A program made the position numbers and the translations under genes. The notes under the pieces are model-generated. The model did not search any database, had not been told where the DNA came from, and worked only from the letters and a program-made list of their open reading frames with translations. Source: a bacterium (GTDB lineage Bacteria > Zhuqueibacterota > Zhuqueibacteria > Residuimicrobiales > Krinioviventaceae). Taken from it: a stretch of DNA of 64,000 nt. The stretch lies in contig OY843751.1 of assembly GCA_963693055.1 (NCBI GenBank), positions 544,001 to 608,000 of the forward strand. Reading direction: 5' to 3'. Shown here one piece after another: positions 30,458 to 40,364 of this stretch. Each line of letters starts with the position of its first letter. Positions within the stretch are counted from its first letter, which is position 1.

Positions 30458-30499
30458 AATATCTACGTTAACAAGTTTGCCTTTGAATATACATTTTAT

Positions 30500-30985
30500 T
30501 TATGAAATCAAAAAGTTTTTTATCTCTTGCTCGATCTGTGCTGGCTTTGTAGTGGGTGAGAATCGCTTTACCGGCTCTCCATTGCTGTTAATAAGAAACT
30601 TTGTAAAATTCCATTTGATTTTACTGTTAAACAAACCACCCAAACTAGATTTAAGATATTTAAAAATGGGATGCGCATTAGGACCGTTTACCTCAATTTT
30701 GGAAAACATGGGAAATGTGACACCGTAATTAATCACGCAACTTTCAGAGATAGATTTTTCATTACCGGGTTCCTGATTTCCAAATTGGTTGCAGGGAAAT
30801 CCTAAAATAATAAAGCCTTTGTCTTTGTATTTTTTGTAAAGTTTTTCCAGTCCCTCGTATTGTGGCGTTAATCCGCATTTGCTTGCTGTATTTACAACCA
30901 GAATTGTTTTGCCCTGAAACTCTTTCATATTCGCCTGGTTTCCCTGAATATCTGTTGCTGAGAATTGATAAAAATTGTTTTGCAT
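30500..30985 (-). CDS. Glutathione peroxidase (Cys type)
   Basis: VNTASKCGLTPQY, LGFPCNQF, KWNFTKFL. Confidence 0.95.
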   Translation of the reverse strand: MQNNFYQFSATDIQGNQANMKEFQGKTILVVNTASKCGLTPQYEGLEKLYKKYKDKGFIILGFPCNQFGNQEPGNEKSISESCVINYGVTFPMFSKIEVNGPNAHPIFKYLKSSLGGLFNSKIKWNFTKFLINSNGEPVKRFSPTTKPAQIEQEIKNFLIS

Positions 30986-31021
30986 TATTTGTCTCCAATA
31001 GCATTAAATATCTTTAGCGAC

Positions 31022-31039
31022 TATATCGCTTACGATATA
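31022..31039. promoter_or_regulatory. Putative OhrR operator
   Basis: Perfect arms TATATCG-N4-CGATATA upstream of gpx-ohrR. Confidence 0.65.
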
Positions 31040-31127
31040 AAATTGAAAAGGTTTCAAAAGTATTTACATTTTTCTAAATTTTAGTGATCAACATTGCAAA
31101 TAATTGAACTAGAAAGGGCGGGATATA

Positions 31128-31164
31128 AAAAAAGGCCGTAATAAAATTTATTACAGCCTTTTTT
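31128..31164 (-). terminator. Terminator of the TBDR-PorV operon
   Basis: AAAAAAGGCCGTAATAAA / TTTATTACAGCCTTTTTT hairpin with A/T tails. Confidence 0.75.
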
Positions 31165-31181
31165 ATAATTAAAAAGATCAA

Positions 31182-32318
31182 TTATTTCATCATAACCATG
31201 CGTTTGCTGATTTTTTGGCTTCCGCTGGTTAATTGGTAAATATAGATACCAGATGCAACTGATCTTGCATTGTCATCTTTACCATCCCAGGTCAACTCGT
31301 AGTTACCGGCTGGCATTTCAGAATTTGCCAGTGTACGGATTGCTTGTCCCTGCAGATTGTAAACAACCAGTTTGGTCATTTCAGTTGCAGGCAGTGTAAA
31401 AGCAATATTGGTTGTTGGGTTGAATGGATTGGGGTAATTTTGTTTCAGATTAAAATCAGTAGCAACAGCTACTTCTTCTTCAACTGCGGTTCCACCAGGA
31501 ACTGAAGATCTAACTACAACATCATCAATGATGAATTGATCGCCAGCGTCAGTTGCAGGAGCAGAGCCAAAAGTAGCAAACATGTTATAAGTACCGGTAA
31601 CACGTGGTTCTGCGTCTACGGCTTCAATCAGCCATTCTTCGGGTTCATCTTCTTCAAAACCTTCCCAAATTTTAACTTTAATGTCGCCTTCGTTGAGGTA
31701 CCATTTTACCCAATAGAATACATCCAGGTCAAAATCAAAATCGGTGGGAGCTGCAAAATAGTTCCAGGAATCTGGATTCAACGCTGCCATCGCGCCTTCA
31801 TATTTTGCAACAGCAGTTTGGTCTGCCAAGGGATTCAGTACCAGTGCGTATGTTGAAGCTTCGGTAGGATCTGCGTCACCGCGTTTTTCATCCATAGGCA
31901 TTCTTGCGCCAACCACCAACATGGAAGAGGTAAAGCGTTTACAGTTAACCTGAAAAGTCAGAATCTGGTTTGGGCTGCCCCATGAATTCTGTTTTGCACG
32001 TTCAACGGATGCATCATCAATGTTTCCATTTTCATCCAATGTCAGTGTGGGTACACCGTTTGATTCAACCAGACCAACACCTACCAAACCGCCGTAAGAA
32101 CCTGCTTGTACAAACAAAGCGCCATCACGTTGTTCGATGGTTTGGTTTTGTACATCTTGTGCAGGATAAAAAATCCAACCTACATCTGTAAGAGGAGCAA
32201 CTTCATCATCATCAAAATGATCTTCCCACAGAATTGGATATTCTTGTGCGTTAATTGGAGCAATCATGGCAAACAAAAGAATTGCCAAGATTGAAGTCGT
32301 TAATAGCCGTTTCATCAT
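31182..32318 (-). CDS. Secreted protein with T9SS-type/FlgD-Ig C-terminal domain
   Basis: Signal peptide; acidic beta-rich domain; LKQNYPNPFNPTT..WDGKD..VASGIYIYQL..KRMVMMK. Confidence 0.85.
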   Translation of the reverse strand: MMKRLLTTSILAILLFAMIAPINAQEYPILWEDHFDDDEVAPLTDVGWIFYPAQDVQNQTIEQRDGALFVQAGSYGGLVGVGLVESNGVPTLTLDENGNIDDASVERAKQNSWGSPNQILTFQVNCKRFTSSMLVVGARMPMDEKRGDADPTEASTYALVLNPLADQTAVAKYEGAMAALNPDSWNYFAAPTDFDFDLDVFYWVKWYLNEGDIKVKIWEGFEEDEPEEWLIEAVDAEPRVTGTYNMFATFGSAPATDAGDQFIIDDVVVRSSVPGGTAVEEEVAVATDFNLKQNYPNPFNPTTNIAFTLPATEMTKLVVYNLQGQAIRTLANSEMPAGNYELTWDGKDDNARSVASGIYIYQLTSGSQKISKRMVMMK

Positions 32319-32389
32319 AGAACCTCCCTAATTAATTGAGTTATGTTACTTGTGATTTATTATTGTATTATACAACTTTTTTTAAACAA

Positions 32390-33430
32390 TTAAAACGATA
32401 TTTGCAAAGAAATTCGATTTATATCACTAAAATATTCTGCACTGGTATAAGCATAATCTACAATTGCGTTATAGTTAGAATACGAGAATTTTACACCTAC
32501 ACCAAATGTTGCTGATTCAACATCGTGATTGAATTTATAACCACCACGAATTGCAAAGCGTTGCAGATAGAGAATTTCCGTACCGAGATGAACACGTTCC
32601 GTATAATCATTTGGATGGATAGCATCAACTGCTACGTTGATATCCAGGTCTTCATTACCTTCCTGAAAGATTTCGGCAACGTCCATTGCCATACCTATCC
32701 GTAAATAGGTTGGCAGACTGAATTCTTCGTACCAATATGCCATATCCTGGGAAAGGTTTTGCATAGTCATAGCAACAATTAATCCTTTCCAACCAACGTT
32801 ATAAACAGTACCAAAATCTAAACCCCAGTTGTTCATGGCATAATCTTCAAAGGTGTAATATTTAACTTCATTTTCATCGTCACCTTCATTATCAACCTTG
32901 TATACATATCGGGCTTCTCCAAGGTCTTCATGCAGGTGTTTTAGCTTGATACCAAATGAGAATTTATCACTGATACGTCTGGCATAAGAAAAACCAATGG
33001 CATAATCTTCAACACCAATGTCTCCGGTGGTTATAAAGCCTCTATAATTTTGAGATTGTGGTACAATCTGTGTTCCCATAATTTCACCAAAATCCATATA
33101 GGTCAAATCAACACCAAAGGCGCCCCAGTTTTCTGTAGAATAAACCATAGCGGTTCCGTACAGTTTGGTTTCAACCAACCAGCTTACCTGATTAAAGATG
33201 ACGGAAACGCCTTTAATGTCCGCGGTAACCGCGGGGTTGTGCCACATACCATTAATACCCTGAACTGATGCTGTTGATGCATCGCCCATTGCAGACTCGC
33301 GGGCGCCCATACTGATTGCAAGATAGGTCATACCGCTTTGTCCTACTTTTTTCTTTCTGGCCCACCCGTTATTGGGCAATGTTATTAGCATTGCTGCTAT
33401 AATTATCAAAATGTATATTTTTCTAGTCAT
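32390..33430 (-). CDS. PorV/PorQ-like (UPF0164) outer-membrane beta-barrel
   Basis: YLAISMGARESAMGDA, WHNPA, RGGYKFN, VDYAY, terminal Phe. Confidence 0.82.
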   Translation of the reverse strand: MTRKIYILIIIAAMLITLPNNGWARKKKVGQSGMTYLAISMGARESAMGDASTASVQGINGMWHNPAVTADIKGVSVIFNQVSWLVETKLYGTAMVYSTENWGAFGVDLTYMDFGEIMGTQIVPQSQNYRGFITTGDIGVEDYAIGFSYARRISDKFSFGIKLKHLHEDLGEARYVYKVDNEGDDENEVKYYTFEDYAMNNWGLDFGTVYNVGWKGLIVAMTMQNLSQDMAYWYEEFSLPTYLRIGMAMDVAEIFQEGNEDLDINVAVDAIHPNDYTERVHLGTEILYLQRFAIRGGYKFNHDVESATFGVGVKFSYSNYNAIVDYAYTSAEYFSDINRISLQISF

Positions 33431-33444
33431 ATTATTGTCTCCCA

Positions 33445-35568
33445 TTATCGAATAACGACAAATTTGCCGGTTGCAGAACCCAATGGAGTACCTAAACGGT
33501 CCCATCCTTCGATGTAGTAAAAATAGACACCACTTTTTATGGTTTGCCAGCTATCTGTGATCTGGAACCACATTTCATCGGCAGATTCGTTAACTGACAT
33601 GCGATTATCTGGGTTGGGATGGTGCAGGGTTTTTACCAGATCACCATGTACCGTAAAAATTCGGATCACAGCTTTTGCGGGAAGCCCTACAAAATAAAGC
33701 TGGTCTTCCGGGCGAGCCCCCATTCCCTGATCGATGAGATAATCTTCTTTAAATGTACCGCCATACTCTAGTCCACCAGCATGGAAGGGATTGGGAACAA
33801 CGTAGATAGAATCCATATTAGTATGTGCCGCTTCAAAGGGAACCACAGCATATTGATAGTTTCTGTTTGAAAAATGGCTGGATTCTACCGATTTCCCGGG
33901 AAACAAACTGCTGCTGTTTTGTGTGCCGTCATCAAATGCTGTAACATAATAGTAATAACTTTTACCCCGTTCAACATTACGGTCTGTAAATGTATTGGTA
34001 ATGGGATTACCGGAATTTCCACCACATTCGTATATTAGGTTATATATATTATTAAAATCACCAACTGCACGATATAAACGATATCCTGAAAAATCATATA
34101 TACCCGTGTCAATATCATTTTCAGGAAGATTGTCACGATGAGAGAAATTTATTGCATCGTAATCGCCATAATACCATTCAATATCAATTTTACCTGGTCC
34201 GGCATCCAATTTTAAATTGGGTGATTCCGGTCCGTCAGGTACCGCCGTATAACCATTCTGCCAGGTCCATTCGGCTCTTGAAACAATCTGATGTAAAGAG
34301 TCTTTGCCGGTAGCGAGAAAAGCGTTTTTAGCCGCATCACCAGTTAAACCATTAAATTCTAAATTTCCTTCAAACCAGTCTTTACCATATTGAATTGCAA
34401 GTTTTCTGTCTACAGCGCCAACCGCTTCAAATATGACAATATGAATATCTTCACCAAAGGGGATGTTATAGGGCCCAAAAGACATCAAACAATGTGGCTC
34501 TTGAACTTCAGGGTGCCAAGGATAGCTGTATTCCAGCATATCTGAACCCTGACTCTGTTTGCCACTACTCAAATCACTATACATGGTAAGCTCATCCGAG
34601 TTGGCATGTGTATGGGTTTTAGCTTTGGGAAGGAAATTAACGGTAGCGGGTTGAGATCGGTCATCCTCTGGATTGTTGTAATCTGTGTCTGCATGTAAAA
34701 CACCATAGGAAACATATTGTGGTGCCAGAAATTCTCCACTGGTTTCAGAAGGATCACCGGTGTCGTCAAAAGTTCGGCTGTTATTGTCTCCATCATATAC
34801 ATACCAGAAACCACGTAAAGAATCACCCTGCTGGTTGCCATAATAATGACACCAGTCATCACGTTGGCCTCCCATCGCTTCATGACCTTTATCGCCTGAA
34901 GGAACAAATACTCGCCAGAGTCCTAAATAGACATCTGTAAGGTTTTGCCCATCAAGCTCAATGGTACTTTCATTATCATCTACATTACCGGTATTGGTAA
35001 AGGTGTATTCTGAAATGATATAACTGTCATGCTTGCGGTTAGCAAAGGCATAACTTGATCGTTCCACCTGAATACCTACATCAGTATACCATTTGGATGT
35101 GATCAATTCATCTGCTTCAAGATTTTTGTCTCTTTTGTATGCGCTTGATCGATTGTCAACAATACGTTCTTCTGTGTCACCGTTTACAATAACTAGAGGA
35201 AGTCGTTGTCTTACAACTTTGCGATTGCTTCTTGATCGTGTAAACAAAACACCGGCTGCATCGCCATTTTGGTAACCACCTTCAGAAACATAGGCTGATT
35301 TAAACTCGCCCAGTTTATTGGTCCAGTTTTTTACACCAATCCAGTGACCAATAGCTTCCATGTTTTTACCTGTGTGCAGGTAAAAATCACCGCCAGGATA
35401 GTTCATCTGGCTTTGCAGGGGAGCATATGTAGGCATGGTTCCGGTTTCAAAACGGGTTACCCACAAACGACCGATTTCATGACTTTTGATCTGTGCCAGC
35501 GCGGGTGTTAAAATTCCCAAAATCAGTAACACCAGGCACAAAAATATATAATTTATTTTTTTATTCAT
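33445..35568 (-). CDS. Large secreted protein with Fn3-like domain and CTD-like tail
   Basis: Signal peptide; DFSGYRLYR..FTDRNVERGKSYYYYVTAFD; IYVVPNPF..IRIFTVHGDLVKTL..SGVYFY..GKFVVIR. Confidence 0.75.
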   Translation of the reverse strand: MNKKINYIFLCLVLLILGILTPALAQIKSHEIGRLWVTRFETGTMPTYAPLQSQMNYPGGDFYLHTGKNMEAIGHWIGVKNWTNKLGEFKSAYVSEGGYQNGDAAGVLFTRSRSNRKVVRQRLPLVIVNGDTEERIVDNRSSAYKRDKNLEADELITSKWYTDVGIQVERSSYAFANRKHDSYIISEYTFTNTGNVDDNESTIELDGQNLTDVYLGLWRVFVPSGDKGHEAMGGQRDDWCHYYGNQQGDSLRGFWYVYDGDNNSRTFDDTGDPSETSGEFLAPQYVSYGVLHADTDYNNPEDDRSQPATVNFLPKAKTHTHANSDELTMYSDLSSGKQSQGSDMLEYSYPWHPEVQEPHCLMSFGPYNIPFGEDIHIVIFEAVGAVDRKLAIQYGKDWFEGNLEFNGLTGDAAKNAFLATGKDSLHQIVSRAEWTWQNGYTAVPDGPESPNLKLDAGPGKIDIEWYYGDYDAINFSHRDNLPENDIDTGIYDFSGYRLYRAVGDFNNIYNLIYECGGNSGNPITNTFTDRNVERGKSYYYYVTAFDDGTQNSSSLFPGKSVESSHFSNRNYQYAVVPFEAAHTNMDSIYVVPNPFHAGGLEYGGTFKEDYLIDQGMGARPEDQLYFVGLPAKAVIRIFTVHGDLVKTLHHPNPDNRMSVNESADEMWFQITDSWQTIKSGVYFYYIEGWDRLGTPLGSATGKFVVIR

Positions 35569-35587
35569 TATTTCCTCCACGTTCCGT

Positions 35588-38578
35588 TTACCTGTGAATC
35601 CGTAAACCAAATACATAAGATTTATACTCACCCCAGTATACATTGTCGCTCCAGGTCCTCAGTATCTTGGGGTTAGTCAGCTCGTCCGTACCTAATTCGT
35701 CAAGTCTGCCCGAGTTCCACAGATCATCATAATAATCTTCTTTGCTGTCTCCACCGGGAATATTGCGGAACTTGGAGTGTAGAATGTTACTTACATCCAT
35801 ATAGAATTCCATGTTGGTGTTGAACATAGAGAATACTCTTGAAAAGCGCATGTTTGCCCAATATTGATTCAATTCCTTGAACCAGACATCCGGGTGTTCA
35901 TCATTAAAGCTATCACGCGGATGTTTCCTTCGTGTTCCGCCTTTATAAAAGACCTGGAAGCTAAGGTTTGAGTTGGAAACCAGCGGAAACTTGCCGATTT
36001 TGGGGCCCCAATCTGCCGGCGCAGAAAGTGTGATTACACCACGAGCATCTGGCTGGATGTAATTGATATTGGAACGCGGAACCCCCCACAAAACACCATT
36101 ATTACCAATGTTGGGATCATCAGTGATAATTGGGATATTGCTCAGATTTGGAATCTCGAGGTTGGCTTCACTTTCTTTAATAAAGTTGTAATTGAACCAA
36201 CCGGTAACAAAACGCCCCATGGGTTTACGCAATTCAATTTCAATACCGCGAATTTCTTTATAGTTGTTTTGGTCATACCATTCCAGTACCAGAGTTTGAT
36301 CTCCGTGGGCATAAACCATTCCACTTTCGTATCCGTCATAATCTTTGTAAAAAGCACCAAAGTGCAATTGCAGATCGTATTTGATTCCAAAATCCGCACC
36401 CAACTCGTATGCAATATTGGTTGGAAAATCAATATCCGCGTTACCCATGAATGTAACACGGGGTAGAGACCAGTCAACCATGGTGTGGTAAAGCACTTCA
36501 CTTGCCGCTACCTGAACAAAGTGACCATAGTTGAAATATATTTTACTTCGGTCAGACAGGGGGTGCGATATACCCACACGTGGACTGAAATAGACTTTGG
36601 GTTTGGGTCTAAACGTAGGGTATTTATTGTTTACATAATCGTTGAACAGATCTTCATTGGTATCATACGTGAGAGCTTGATGTGGATCGGGACGGTCGCA
36701 ATTTACATCAAAATAATCCATACGTAAACCAATGTTGGCAATCATACCTTGAAATTCCACTTTGTCTTGAACAAATGCTGCCATTTCAAGTGGGAAAACA
36801 TGGTAATTGTGAGTAAACAGTTGTGTTGAATCACCTTCGTGCCAGTGTGTACGATCTTCAAGCATATCATTGTACGAGAATTCCAAACCTGCTTTTAACT
36901 CGTGAGCAGGATGAAATTGGCTGGTCAATTCAGCTTTTAAAGTGGTAGCGTTGTGGTGGGACTTGTCCCATGTGTCTGCACCGCCATACATTTCGAATTC
37001 ATTATAGGGATCTTCTACACCATTTGCCCTTGATATCCAACCGGATTGTGGATCATAATATAAACGTCCGTGAAAATAGCGTCCGTCTTCTGCTTTTGCT
37101 GAATCGGGGCGACCAATGTTCCAGTTGATGTTCAAATGGCTAAGTTTTATTTCATAAAATGTGGTAGGTGATAGTGTGTGTGTAAATGTTGCACCAGCAA
37201 CCGTTGTATAGCGGTTTAATATTGGACGATAGAACGGATAGTACATGTATTCGCCACGAAGGTCTGTGCCATCATATTCAACACGGTCTTCATGACTCCA
37301 ACTGCTGTTAGATTTACCTTCGGTGACAGATCTGACTTCTGAGTACATATTGTTCAGGGTCAGTTTCATGTTGGGAGAAAGGGTGTTAACTATTTTTAAA
37401 GATCCTATCCGTTCATCATAATACCGGCGTGATTGCGGGTATTGAAAAGGTCTGTACTCAAATTTCCCACCGAGTAAAAAGTTTGATTTCCAGGGTAAAA
37501 TGGGGACCCTGCCAGACAAGGTTGCGTCAATATTGTGGCCGGTTTTATTACCGTATTCAACCGGGCGATGACGCCATTGCCATAGTTCAAATGCTTCTTC
37601 TGCTGACAGGTCGTTGCTGGGATCCGGATCATTTGCAAGTTCTTCTGCGTAAGCATTCCAACCGATCCAGGTATATTCATCATCGTGAATACCGTCTGGT
37701 ACCAGAATAGAACCGCCATCAAATGCGTTAGCACCAGCCTTTAATAACCATTCGGTACGATAGGCATGATCATATTTATCGCGACCTACGTGGCCTTTTT
37801 GAGCAGGAGTTAACTGGTAATCCAGTGAAAAGTGTAAACGGTCTTCAGGATTTTTAGTAATCACATTGATCACACCTGAGCGGGACTGGCCATATTCCGC
37901 GTTAAACCCGTTACGCATAAGTTTAATCTCTTCTACCGCACCGGGTTGAATAGAGATTACAGGACGGTTAAATTTTTGGTCAAACATATCCATACCGTCC
38001 ATTAAAAAGCCCACTTCCATTGCGTCACCTTCACGGATTTTGATCTCGCCTTCCATAATGTTTCCACTGACGCCTGACTGCAGGCTGATAATTTCTTCTA
38101 CACGATTGGCAAACGGAGTGTTCTGGTAATCACTCTCTGAAATATAACTTTCTGTACTGGCAACATCCGTTTTGATGATATCACGTTGGGCTTGTACAAC
38201 AACTTCGCCGCCTATATCAAGTACTTCCTGGTCCAGATCAAAATTGATTGTAGTTGTACGGTCAACACTTACATGAACGTTCTGTTTCAGTTGTTTACCG
38301 TAACCAATGATAGATGCAGTGACCGAATAGGTACCTGGCGGTACCTGCAGAATGATAAATTCACCGTCAATGTTGGATGCTGCACCAATTGAACCATCAA
38401 AAGGAATCTCTTTTCCTTCCTGCCAAACATGACTAATAAAGATGTTGGCACCTGGCAGTCGTGCACCGTCAGCCACATCTTTGATTGTACCACGGATCTT
38501 ACCAGTTACACCTCCAAATACTGATAGAGGTAGAATTATGAATAACAGTACATATTTCTTGATCCACTGATATTTCAT
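35588..38578 (-). CDS. TonB-dependent receptor (about 1000 aa)
   Basis: GGAG RBS; TGKIRG..LPGANI; GFNAEYGQSRSGVINVITK; NIGLRMDYF; SPRVGISHP; YFNYGHF. Confidence 0.9.
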   Translation of the reverse strand: MKYQWIKKYVLLFIILPLSVFGGVTGKIRGTIKDVADGARLPGANIFISHVWQEGKEIPFDGSIGAASNIDGEFIILQVPPGTYSVTASIIGYGKQLKQNVHVSVDRTTTINFDLDQEVLDIGGEVVVQAQRDIIKTDVASTESYISESDYQNTPFANRVEEIISLQSGVSGNIMEGEIKIREGDAMEVGFLMDGMDMFDQKFNRPVISIQPGAVEEIKLMRNGFNAEYGQSRSGVINVITKNPEDRLHFSLDYQLTPAQKGHVGRDKYDHAYRTEWLLKAGANAFDGGSILVPDGIHDDEYTWIGWNAYAEELANDPDPSNDLSAEEAFELWQWRHRPVEYGNKTGHNIDATLSGRVPILPWKSNFLLGGKFEYRPFQYPQSRRYYDERIGSLKIVNTLSPNMKLTLNNMYSEVRSVTEGKSNSSWSHEDRVEYDGTDLRGEYMYYPFYRPILNRYTTVAGATFTHTLSPTTFYEIKLSHLNINWNIGRPDSAKAEDGRYFHGRLYYDPQSGWISRANGVEDPYNEFEMYGGADTWDKSHHNATTLKAELTSQFHPAHELKAGLEFSYNDMLEDRTHWHEGDSTQLFTHNYHVFPLEMAAFVQDKVEFQGMIANIGLRMDYFDVNCDRPDPHQALTYDTNEDLFNDYVNNKYPTFRPKPKVYFSPRVGISHPLSDRSKIYFNYGHFVQVAASEVLYHTMVDWSLPRVTFMGNADIDFPTNIAYELGADFGIKYDLQLHFGAFYKDYDGYESGMVYAHGDQTLVLEWYDQNNYKEIRGIEIELRKPMGRFVTGWFNYNFIKESEANLEIPNLSNIPIITDDPNIGNNGVLWGVPRSNINYIQPDARGVITLSAPADWGPKIGKFPLVSNSNLSFQVFYKGGTRRKHPRDSFNDEHPDVWFKELNQYWANMRFSRVFSMFNTNMEFYMDVSNILHSKFRNIPGGDSKEDYYDDLWNSGRLDELGTDELTNPKILRTWSDNVYWGEYKSYVFGLRIHR

Positions 38579-38706
38579 AAGGTCTCCTTCCCGAAATATA
38601 TTGTTTATCAAATTTTTCCAGAGTTAAATTACCAATTATTCATTAATCCGATATTAACGGATTGTTAATTTTCAACTGAATGATATTTTGATCATTTACT
38701 TGGTAA

Positions 38707-38718
38707 GCAAACGTTTGC
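38707..38718. promoter_or_regulatory. LacI/GalR-type operator
   Basis: Perfect palindrome GCAAACGTTTGC about 130 nt upstream of the TBDR operon. Confidence 0.65.
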
Positions 38719-39050
38719 CTAATTTATGTATAAATATGCTATAACTGAGAAAGAACTCTTAATTATTCTTGACAAAATTTCTATAGTGTGATATTTTATT
38801 GTTTTGGGAACGGTTGATTCTGAATGATGAGATGTTTGTTAAAAAAGTGATCATGTTATATATTTTTTTTAACATGTTGATAAACTGAATCAGCATTTTT
38901 TTGTATGAGCAACTGATCTTGTTTCTTTTTATGGGTCTGTTAATTGTTGAAATCACTGTTTAATATATATTGAAATTACATAGAATGCAATAATTTTATA
39001 TATATTTTTGTGATTTTTCTTTAATAATGCGTTATAAATGTTTGTCAAGT

Positions 39051-39080
39051 AAAAAGGCAACTGTAAATCAGTTGCCTTTA
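39051..39080. terminator. Terminator after the MFS gene (possibly bidirectional)
   Basis: AAAAAGGCAACTG-taaat-CAGTTGCCTTT. Confidence 0.8.
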
Positions 39081-39086
39081 TTTATA

Positions 39087-40352
39087 TTAAAGATTTGATG
39101 TTCCGCGTTTGGATTTAAACCATAAAAGAAAAGTAAGTGCTGTTCCCAGAGTAGCCACTATGACCAGCATCATAAAAATGGGTACCAGATCGTGATTATA
39201 GGTTTCGTAGAGAAAACCAATGATTTCTTCCTGAAAGATAGGGCCAATTGAGCCAATGCCATTTATAATGCCTGCGGCAGCAAGTGCGCTTTTTTTAGAT
39301 GTGACATCAATAGCGCCAACTCCGGAGAGTAGTGAGTCAGGACCGTAAAGCATGAATCCGGCAAGTCCCATAGAGATGGTAAAATAGAGAACGCTGTTTG
39401 CACCCAAAGTATACATGATAAAGAATGAAACGGTCATGAAAAATAACATCAAGAATGCAATCAATGAGCGTTTACCTTTGAATAATTTGTCTGACGCCCA
39501 GCCCGCAAAAATAACACCTGCAAAACCGGTCAAATCAAATATAGTGGACAAGTATCCCGCTTCATCACCCTGTAGTGCAAAGTTTTTATTCAGGAAAAAG
39601 GGTGCCCAGCTCCAAAGAGAATATCTCAGGAATTTAATGCAAAAGTAAACCATTCCCATAAGAACAACTGTAAAGATGACGTCTTTTGACCATTTTTCAT
39701 CTTTATCGTTTTCTTCTGTTTCTTCTTCATCATCTTCTTTTAAAGGTTCAAGACCAGCATCTTCCGGCTTGTTGGGATGAATTAAAAGAACAACCGCCCA
39801 AACAACGAGAAGTACAATTGATGCACCAAAAAATGACCATCTCCAACCTGCCAGGCCCAAAAGAAATGCGGCAAATGAACTTGCTGCCAGTGAACCGACC
39901 TGGTAGCAGGTAGACCAAACGCCTAATATGGTACCGCGTTGTTTGCGTTTATACCAGAATGCCAAACTACCTATGCAGCCCGGCCAACCGGTACCCTGAG
40001 CAAGACCATTTAAACTCAGGAATAACATTATAGTCCAATAACTGTTGGATATTCCGAACATGAAATTACAAAATAATGAAATTCCCATTCCAATGAGTAA
40101 TAACAGCTTGGGACCCAGTTTTTTACCGAAAAATGCACTGGAGAATTGACCTACCATGTAGAAAACAAGGTACGCGGTCCCCAGATGTGCCAGGTCAATG
40201 GCAGTCATTCCCAGATCACCAGCCATTGCACTTTTTACTACATAGAAAGCTTTACGACAAAAATAGTACCCGGCATAAGAAAGCCAGGTAGCGGCAAATA
40301 TTTTAACCTGCCAGGGCCGATAAGCATTTTTAATTGATACTTGCTCTTTCAT
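39087..40352 (-). CDS. MFS transporter, organophosphate:Pi antiporter-like (GlpT/UhpC/SLC37 type)
   Basis: YAGYYFCRKAF, QGTGWPG, RGTILGVWST, GWASDKLF, LYGPDSL, AAGIINGIGS. Confidence 0.82.
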   Translation of the reverse strand: MKEQVSIKNAYRPWQVKIFAATWLSYAGYYFCRKAFYVVKSAMAGDLGMTAIDLAHLGTAYLVFYMVGQFSSAFFGKKLGPKLLLLIGMGISLFCNFMFGISNSYWTIMLFLSLNGLAQGTGWPGCIGSLAFWYKRKQRGTILGVWSTCYQVGSLAASSFAAFLLGLAGWRWSFFGASIVLLVVWAVVLLIHPNKPEDAGLEPLKEDDEEETEENDKDEKWSKDVIFTVVLMGMVYFCIKFLRYSLWSWAPFFLNKNFALQGDEAGYLSTIFDLTGFAGVIFAGWASDKLFKGKRSLIAFLMLFFMTVSFFIMYTLGANSVLYFTISMGLAGFMLYGPDSLLSGVGAIDVTSKKSALAAAGIINGIGSIGPIFQEEIIGFLYETYNHDLVPIFMMLVIVATLGTALTFLLWFKSKRGTSNL

Positions 40353-40364
40353 AGGCTCTGCCCT

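Noticed and set aside
30500-30985. Selenocysteine glutathione peroxidase
   Set aside because: The active-site codon is TGC (Cys); no in-frame TGA.
38759-38956. 65-aa AT-rich ORF
   Set aside because: Low-complexity K/I/N composition, no RBS, overlaps the regulatory region; likely spurious.
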